Shown: positions 52,156 to 64,000 of the stretch, piece by piece
Numbering within the stretch: position 1 is the stretch's first letter
Layout of the letters: each line of letters begins with the position of its first letter
From: Antedon mediterranea
Lineage: Eukaryota > Animalia > Echinodermata
Reading direction: 5' to 3'
NCBI RefSeq assembly: GCF_964355755.1
Contig: NC_092671.1
Coordinates: 1,860,001 to 1,924,000, forward strand
DNA length: 64,000 nt
Program-made: the position numbers and the translations under genes
The notes under the pieces: generated by a model
Seen by the model: the letters and a program-made list of their open reading frames with translations, nothing else
Database searches by the model: none
What the model was told of the DNA's origin: nothing

Positions 52156-52380
52156 CGAAAAACATATACTTAAAATGGCATTAATGGGCTTTCGTATGAT
52201 TCTATTTTTAGAACATAAAATCATAATGGTTGAAACCATTAGAGGGCGCGCTTGCTGTGACGTGCATGTGCGATGTGTGTGTGTTGTTGAAAACGAATTA
52301 AAGGGTCGGATCTTCAGCAGCTGTTTTGGTGTTTTTATGATATTTTAACTGCTAAACTGTTTGTTGATTTTTTGAAAAAA

Positions 52381-56168
<3,788 letters not shown>

Positions 56169-56434
56169 GGAACATCATTATAAAGCCACATGAAGACAAA
56201 ACTGAGGATTCAGAATAACATCATTTTGTCAACACATGAAAACAGTAACTTGTAAAGTCAAAACTGCAGAAATATCCCATTTTGTTCCATTTTTTTCATT
56301 CGATGATGTTCTTGGAGAAGACAGCTTTTATGGTTTTTATCAAAATAGCTTTCTTAAAACATCCATGAAATATTCTAAGCGAATATTTCTAATATTTTTA
56401 TGAGAAGATATTTATTATGAAAGGTCACATATTG

Positions 56435-58564
56435 CAGGGCATCATTTATAAGGAGCGCCTGCGCGACCGCGCTCCTCAACAGGCTTCGAGGAGAGCAATT
56501 TATCGCGCTCCTTAATTTTCAAAATAGAGCCTAGCTTTTGACAGTGTTGATTTTTCTGTCAAGAGGCCTAAAAACACGTGGATTTTTAAAAGTTAAAACC
56601 AATCTAGGCCTAGGCTAATAATATATAAGCTAAGTTATAAAGCTACAAGCCTAATGGCAGTCCCTCGTTTTTAAGGATCGCGAGCGCGATCGCAATCAAC
56701 AACCTTCGAAAAGGAGAGCAATTCATCGCGCTCCATCTCACCTAGTGCGACGAGGTACAAACAAAGGGGATTCCCCTGCCTGCGCGCATTCAAGGGCGAG
56801 TTTACTTCATCGCCTCATAGTGCAACCAGTACGGTGTCATAGAAACACCTCCTTTACAGGAAGATCATGTCCCAACCAATAATTTTTCCCTTTATGTTTT
56901 TATGGAACGAGTTAATAAAATATATTTAATTTTAAAAGGAAACATTAATATAGGAGGCCTAAATATAATGTTTATTATTTAAAAAAGCTTAGCTGCTGGT
57001 TGCTTTAATTATGTCATTTTGAAGATGGATTATTTCTTCGAAAGTTCTAACCAATTTTGGTCACTCAAATCCTCCTCAAAACACGTGCTGACGTGTGACG
57101 TCAGCACGTCAGCATCTTCTAGAAGCTCTCTCAGCCCTCCCCTATTGTGCGTGCGCCCATGTGTGACACATGTAAATGTTATGCGCGATTTGAACGATTT
57201 GCGCAATTTGAAATTGCGCAAAAAAAATCCTTGCGCAATTTGAATTGAAACATGTGTTTCAAATTGCGCAAGCAACGTATTAAATTGCGCAAGTAATCTG
57301 CAAATTGCGCAAGGTTTTTCGACAGATTGTGAAATCATGCACACCCATATTTTTATAGTATTTAATTTCTAAGAATGATTCAAAATTAAAGATAAATATC
57401 ACATTTCCTTATTTTAGTAGTGCAAATATTGTTATAAGTTAGCATACCGTCGAAGAACCGACGAAGGAAAACGAAGCGGTGGTGTTCCACCAGGCGGGCG
57501 CGGCGCGGGCGGCCGGCTATACTAGGCCTACTCTAGCCTAGCTAGGGTCTGGACTACTGATACTGACTAGGTTACATGGCCTAGCTTAAACTAATATTAA
57601 AAACTTAAAAAGTGAGTATTAAACATTATCTTCATTGAAATGGTCTTATTTATATAATAAAATACTAAATTTTAAACTCCTCGGCCTAGCCTAGCCATGT
57701 ATGGGAAAATTTACAGTTCGTTTTCAAATTGCGCAAAGGTGTCATATTGCGCAAGAACTATCTTGCGCAATTTACAAATTGTGCAGCGCAATTTAAAATT
57801 GCGCAAAGATTTTCTTGCGCAATTTGAAATTGCGCAAGTTGATTGCGCAATTTGAAATTGCGCAAAAAAATCCTTGCGCAATTTTAAATTGCGCAAGAAT
57901 TCTTTGCGCAATTTCAAATTGCGCAAGGATTTTTTTGCGCAATTTCAAATTGCGCAAATCATTCAAATCGCGCATAACATAAACACGATCAAATATCTTT
58001 CTTAATTATTTTAAAATGACACTTTGTAACTTATTATCAATATTTTAATGGCTGTTGCATGTTAGAATTGTATAATTTATGAATTGCAGGTAAATACTTT
58101 TCAGGTTTTCTGTCTGATTTCTAGGCCAACAAGCTAGGCTAGAAAAGCTAGGCTAAAGGCATAATAGTTGGCCAGGACAGGATTCTCCAGGCTCCTGAAA
58201 CCCAATCTACCCAGGCAGGCCATAAAAAAAAATTGGCTGGAGTTTTTTTACTGTAGAATAATACGATCCCCACGGAAAATATTGTGTGTAAAGGTGGGTG
58301 TGGGGGATTTTAGGGGAGAGGTACAGTATACATTTGTTGTGCCCGGGGGAGGGGGGGGGGGTTTATCCCCTGTCGGGCAAAAAAATGTGTACAAAAAATT
58401 AATAAGGGCCAGCCATTTTTAATAAGGGCGACCATCCTTCAACTTCAACATAAATATTTGAGGAGAGCGATTTAAAATTTTTGCAAGGAGAGCGAATTGC
58501 TCTCCTCGGTGATTTGAGGAGAGCGATTTGTTGCTCTCCTGGGTTTTGCATACGTGATGCCCTG
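56435..58564. mobile_element. hAT-like non-autonomous element downstream of the UBA5 stop codon
   Basis: TIR CAGGGCATCA...TGATGCCCTG. Flanking direct repeat ATATTG at 56429-56434 and 58565-58570. GGAGAGCRA subterminal repeats at both ends. Confidence 0.7.
57177..57979. mobile_element. Ginger-like MITE nested in the hAT-like element
   Basis: TGT...ACA termini, TIR of about 65 bp (TGTTATGCGCGATTTGAACGATTTGCGCAATTTGAAATTGCGC...), 4-bp TSD TAAA, many TTGCGCAA palindromes. Confidence 0.8.
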
Positions 58565-60673
58565 ATATTGCATTTACTTATTTTAAATAAATGTTTGCTA
58601 TCAATTGTGCAATTTAATCATTATTTTTTTGACCAAACTATAATGTAAATTTATTACAAAACGGATTGTTCAATACTAATATGATAAACCTGGATTTATG
58701 AGTTTATCATATGAGTATGATAAGTTTAGCTGTTCAATTATTACATTCAAACATTCAAATGGTTGAATTTTAAAATGTGCATGCGTGAGATATATATTAA
58801 ATAAATAGTAGTACACCAAATAGTTGTTGTGTAAATGCATGTATGATTAGCATCCAAAAATACAGTTTCTCTACAGGGGTTCTGAATGAGGTAGTAAAAT
58901 CTATGCAGATTTGGCCAAGCATAAAAATATGATTAAACCTGTAAAAACCAATTTTACAAACTCATTGTAATGAAAACAGGAAATTCATGGTTGAAATCAA
59001 ATCCTGAAGAATCCTTGGAAATTTAGCTATTTCTAGCTTGTTTGTATTTTTGTAATTATTTCTTTAGTATTTAACTTGTTGGTTCATCCATGTGTGTATT
59101 TCCTTAATGGTTTACTGGAATTACCATAAACATTTCTGTAAGGACCTTATTTGAATATGCACTCCAATCAATTAGGTACCACCAGTCGCAAAAACCAAAT
59201 AATAATAAATAATAATGATAATAATAATAATAATAATAATGATGTTCGGCAACCTTTTTTTATCATTTTGGAAATTGTATTTTATGTTTGAATTTCCGCT
59301 GATTCACCGAAAAAAATTCAGCACATCGTGGGGGTTTCCCCTTTAACGTACACAACACAATTGTCACGTCGCCACAGTTCATGCAGGATGTTGCATTACA
59401 TTTTATTGTGATTATTGATCAAAACAAGTCGACATTCAGCAACATTAAAAGGCGCTTACTATGCTAAATTATTATTATAATCGTTTTTTTTGTTCAATGT
59501 CTTAAGCCACCCTGCTGCCCTTAAAAATGTTTCGCGTCCCAAATTTGGGTTACGGCCTGCTGCCCTTATTTAGGAGAACGTCGTTTAAAAAAAATGAAAA
59601 TTTGAAGCTATATTGTGTTGTCTTTGGAAATGCCAGACGGGCATCACTGGTTATAAGTATAAGCACTTACTGAAAACATAATTTAGTAAGCAAGCAAAGA
59701 ATTTAAATTGGTATGTTATTGAGCAAGTATCTTTTTAATATAGCATATTGATAATCTTAGTTTAACTTTTCTTGTTCTCCTTTTTTCCATATGGTAGTGT
59801 TTGGCATGTTTTATTGATATCTCAATGTTGTCTCTTGATACAAATTATGTATTGAATTAGCAGCTGTCAATGACAAATAAAACATAACAATGCATATATT
59901 ATGAAAATATAATTTATTCATATTTAAATATTAATTAAAATATGCTATGTCTATAAAATATACCCAAGGTGGCATAAATACCCTACCATAGTAAAGCACA
60001 TATAAAATATCTTAATAAATAAAAGGTTACAAGGAATTATGTTTATAGGAAAGTCATTTGGCAAATATTTTATACAAATGTTACAAAAATATTACACTTT
60101 TTAAAAAAAATAAATGTTTAGGCCAGTGAAATCCTTGCCATAAAAGGAGTTGATTTAATTTAAGTTGTTTTTTATTTTGATTAGGTGTAGCAATCTAGAA
60201 TAGACTGATTAAATACCAAGTTCTTTCATGATTCACTTCCTGTAATTTTTGGTTTATTTGCATATTTAAGCAGGTGTGATTTGACTATTGTTGAACATGC
60301 CTTTGTATTTGTGCTGTCATTACAGCCCGAGAGGTGTGACAACAATGATGTATTCACAGTGTAGGCTCAAGAAATGCAGCCTGAGCCATGTCAGACCTAC
60401 AGTACAATACTGCTAGGCCTGAGTCATGGAACAAGATGCTAGTACTACAGTAGCAGTAGGCTGCACTTTTATGGTAAGATTTCAATTATTACATTTAAAC
60501 CATGATTTAGTTGCATTTAAAGTTGTTACTTTGATGTCCAAATCCAAACCTCAAAATTACTTGATTTTGTATTTCATCCTTAGGATAATAGTCTTTAACT
60601 CTAGTAAATCTGTTTAGAATGTAGTAGAGTTGCATGTACATGTTTGAAGCCCACCCTTTCCATACACCCATTA

Positions 60674-63600
60674 TCACCTGGGGTCTGGAAAATACGCACC
60701 CTGGCCAGCCACTGAATTCCTAGCTACTGAGGATCCACTTATAGATTTGCTAGTAAACGACATAGCATCCAGATCCTTGATTTCTGTAGCACGCTTGTAC
60801 AATTGCGCTGCGTTCTGATATTCTCCTTGCTCGTAGCGCAACACGGCCAAATTGCGTAGTGTTTCCGCTACTTGTGGGTGATGCTGCCCAAATGCGTCTT
60901 CATAAATTTTCAAGGCGCGTTCATATAGTGGTAACGCTTCATGATGTGTACCCTGAAAATAATAATATTGGTACTAATGAATCTGTTTATTTCATTATGG
61001 AGGGAGTGCAGAATCTGTTTGGGCTTTAGACTAGTCTCACTCTAGGTTATTGTTCATTGTAAAGGAATATTACTGTATTATTACTAAAGGTTTTAATTCA
61101 TTTAGTTGAGAAAACTAATAATGTTTTTTTAGGTTAGATTAGAATTACTGTATAATTTAATTTGATATTGATATATTACCTGTTGACAGTGTAGCACTCC
61201 CAGGTTGACTAGTGCTGTAGCAACACTTGGATGTTTCTCACCAAAAGTGTTCTCACGAATATCAACATATTGTTCATACAGTGGCTTAGCTAGCTCAAAT
61301 TTACCCTAAGAAGAACAAATGTTAGTAATGTGAATAGGGAAGAAACTGAATTAACCTTCATGAATTGTGTTTAAAATATGCATTTACAATATTAGTTGCA
61401 AATACTGCCATCGATGTTTTTTCGATGCAGCGAAATTATAAATAAATTATTTTAAAAAAAATTGTATAGTTTCTGGTACTTTGAGCATTACAAAACTAGG
61501 TTTAATTTTACAGTAAGTAGGCCTGTACACTGTATACCTGTTTTCTATATAAGGTTGCTAGGTTCTTGATAGTGGCTGCAATTGATGGATGTTCTTTTGG
61601 CAACGTCTTCTGTCTAATTTTTAGCGCCCTCTCAAACAATGGTTCAGCTACGTTAAGTTCTTTTCGATCGTTGTACAACGATGCTAAGTTATTAAGAGAT
61701 TGCGCAACATCCTGATGTTCTGATCCAAGCGTTGCTTCACGCATCGCTAAGGAGCGTTTGAAATAGGTTTCAGAAGTACTGAAATATATAATTATGATAG
61801 ATCATTGATTTGTTAACTATTGACTTGATTTTCTCTTAATTGTTATTGTACAAAGTTGGAAAGATTTAGTAGTCAATGATGGTGTAAGCTGTTCTATAGT
61901 TTTTAATACCAGGATATTGATCATGGTAAGCACTAAAGCAAGCTCATACAGGGGATAAATCGATTTTCCAGTAAACTGAAGACTACATTTACATTGCTAC
62001 GATAGAAATGGCAGTAACAATACTTTTGTATTTTTCAGCAATCTCAGTACTTTAGTCTACATAATGCTTTATACCTTTGTTTATTTTGTAGATAGTACAA
62101 TACCCCTAATTCATTCAATGTTTTTGCTAATTCTGGTGTGTCTGGTCCAGTAGCTAGTTCCTCTAGCTGCAAGGCACGTTTCTGTAATATACTACCATTA
62201 CCATGTGTTGTCAGTTGAGGTGGTTGAATCTTCCGCTTCAATGCTGCAACATGCTTTTGTAGTGGTTCTGCCTGATCATGTCTAAAACAAAAGGAAATAC
62301 ATAAATATTATGTACATCCTTTAATGTGTTACTGTGTGTATCATATTCTGAAGGAATGCCAAAAATACTTACTTGTTTTGTTTACGATACAAAAACGCCA
62401 AAGACTCAAGAACCTTCACCACCGACTCATGTTCGTTACCAAAAGCATTTCCATTGATGTCCAGAGCTTGTTTAAAGTAGGCCTCAGCCGTAGCAAACTT
62501 ACCCCACTGTCCGTGTAGGCCTCCAAGGAGATAAAAACACTGTGCTACACTGGGGTGATCAGGATCGATTGATTCCCTCACTTCAAGAGCTCGATTAAGG
62601 GGAACCACAGCCTAGGAAATAAAAAACCACAATACTGTTTATTGTATTTACTGCACTTTTTATGTATAAATCAATTTGTAGTCTATATTCATTTCCTATA
62701 CTTAGTATTTAATTGATTTATTTGGGCATTAATAGCTGTTTTTGAGTTTAGCTTCCTCATTTTAAAACCTAGTATCTGTGTTTAATACACATTAAATCCT
62801 CAGGTTCATTTGTAATAATTTTACCATTATGCAACAATAATAATACACGTATCTACATTCTCACCTGATTTAGAAGGCCCAAGTCCTTTAAAAATATTCC
62901 CAGCATTTCATACATATCTGCAATGCGAGGCAATGTGTACACTCCACCTAGTTCTAAAGAAAAATAATACAACTTGCATTCAAAAAGAAAGACTTTGATA
63001 AATACATTGGTAATGCAATCCAAGTATAATCCCACCCCCTATTTTTTAGCCCCTAGGACTATGCCTGTCATATACAGTATGGTAATAATAATTTAACAGA
63101 TTTCTAAAAAAATATTTTTTTTAATGACTCACTCTCTTCAGCTTTCTTAATTGCATTGAAATACTCTGTTGCCATGGCAGTTTTATCATATCCTGCGCTC
63201 TGCCAGTACCCAATAAGTTCACCACACCGCCCTCTGGAGTACAACAGTTGAAACACAAACAGATCACTAATGCATGTTTTAAGTTTTGCCATGTCGTCTG
63301 TTTGTAGGATCAGCCACGGCAACTCGTCTACAACACGACCAGTAACATATCCCGGCCTAGCATACACAGTTAAAAGTAGTATATATAATTGAAAACTGTC
63401 ACACTGCATAATCTTCTCTAAAGCTTTGTCGTATTACTACCATATTTGAGCATATCACTACCATATTTGAGCATATCACTACCATATTTGGGAACACTTT
63501 TTTTTCAAACTAGTTTGATAGTGTAGACAGAGCTTTAGGCAATGTAAGAATCATAAGGCAGCTCAGTTAGAATCTTAAAACCTGCACTAGATATATATAT

Positions 63601-63789
63601 AGATATATATAGATATATATATATTTCAATCAAAGAGATTAAGTCACTCTAACCCAGCCCAATACGCCTAAATTTGTAAACTAATTACCTCAAAGAATTT
63701 GAAAAATAATCAAGCAGCAGTTGATTGGCGGAAGAAAGTTCTTTCTCGTGGACACCCATACAGTAGCGGATCTGAACGGCTTCCATAAC
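60674..63789 (-). CDS. NPHP3: Nephrocystin-3, C-terminal TPR region (5' part lies right of the window)
   Basis: Exons approx. 63789-63690, 63356-63133, 62953-62865, 62612-62373, 62282-62074, 61778-61538, 61306-61180, 60953-60674. Peptides [65 protein letters not shown] match my recollection of the vertebrate NPHP3 C-terminus in order. Confidence 0.92.
63419..63537. mobile_element. Harbinger-like MITE with an internal 21-bp tandem repeat
   Basis: TAAAGCTTTGTC...GACAGAGCTTTA inverted ends. ACTACCATATTTGAGCATATC about 2.6 copies. Confidence 0.65.
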
Positions 63790-64000
63790 CTTACATTAAT
63801 ATAAAGATTAATTACATAAAATTAAAATATAACTCTTTTTTGTATGTAAATTGTATTATACAATTTTTTATTGTATAAATTATTGCGTAAACTTTGACCA
63901 AGTATATCTTAGAAACATCTGACTTCTATAGACAGTGGTGGAAAGGAATACGAGCATGTAAAGTACATTTGCATATATAATAGATAATACACCTGTGTTA

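Noticed and set aside
51620-52184. 149-aa and 152-aa ORFs with heptad-like repeats (FKRITNL / LNKLVIR)
   Set aside because: They are translations of a 21-bp minisatellite on both strands, with no evidence of a real coiled-coil or LRR gene.
57019-57975. ORFs with RNLKLRK repeats
   Set aside because: They are translations of TTGCGCAA-rich MITE terminal repeats.

Overview
AT-rich, intron-rich animal genomic DNA, probably an invertebrate deuterostome such as an echinoderm (inferred, not shown). Minus strand: two tandem paralogous HELZ2-like genes with the layout TPR-like N-terminus, zinc fingers, SF1 helicase, RNB exoribonuclease, second SF1 helicase. Copy B is complete (29887-49820). Copy A starts at 23514 and runs off the left edge. 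Both copies carry GGGAATTTCC kappaB-type sites about 170 bp upstream of the ATG and in intron 1. A 12-exon UBA5 gene (+, 52381-56168) lies head-to-head with copy B and tail-to-tail with the 3' part of NPHP3 (-, 60674 to beyond the window), the same UBA5/NPHP3 arrangement as in human. Non-coding DNA is dense with mobile elements: a young 5'-truncated Penelope-like element with a ~559-bp inverted pLTR and 14-bp TSD, three minimal hammerhead-ribozyme-like motifs, Deu/Nin-domain tRNA SINEs, a 3-kb foldback element, and P-, piggyBac-, Harbinger-, Ginger-, hAT- and Helentron-like non-autonomous elements. All exon boundaries and family assignments were read by eye and are approximate. No database searches were run.
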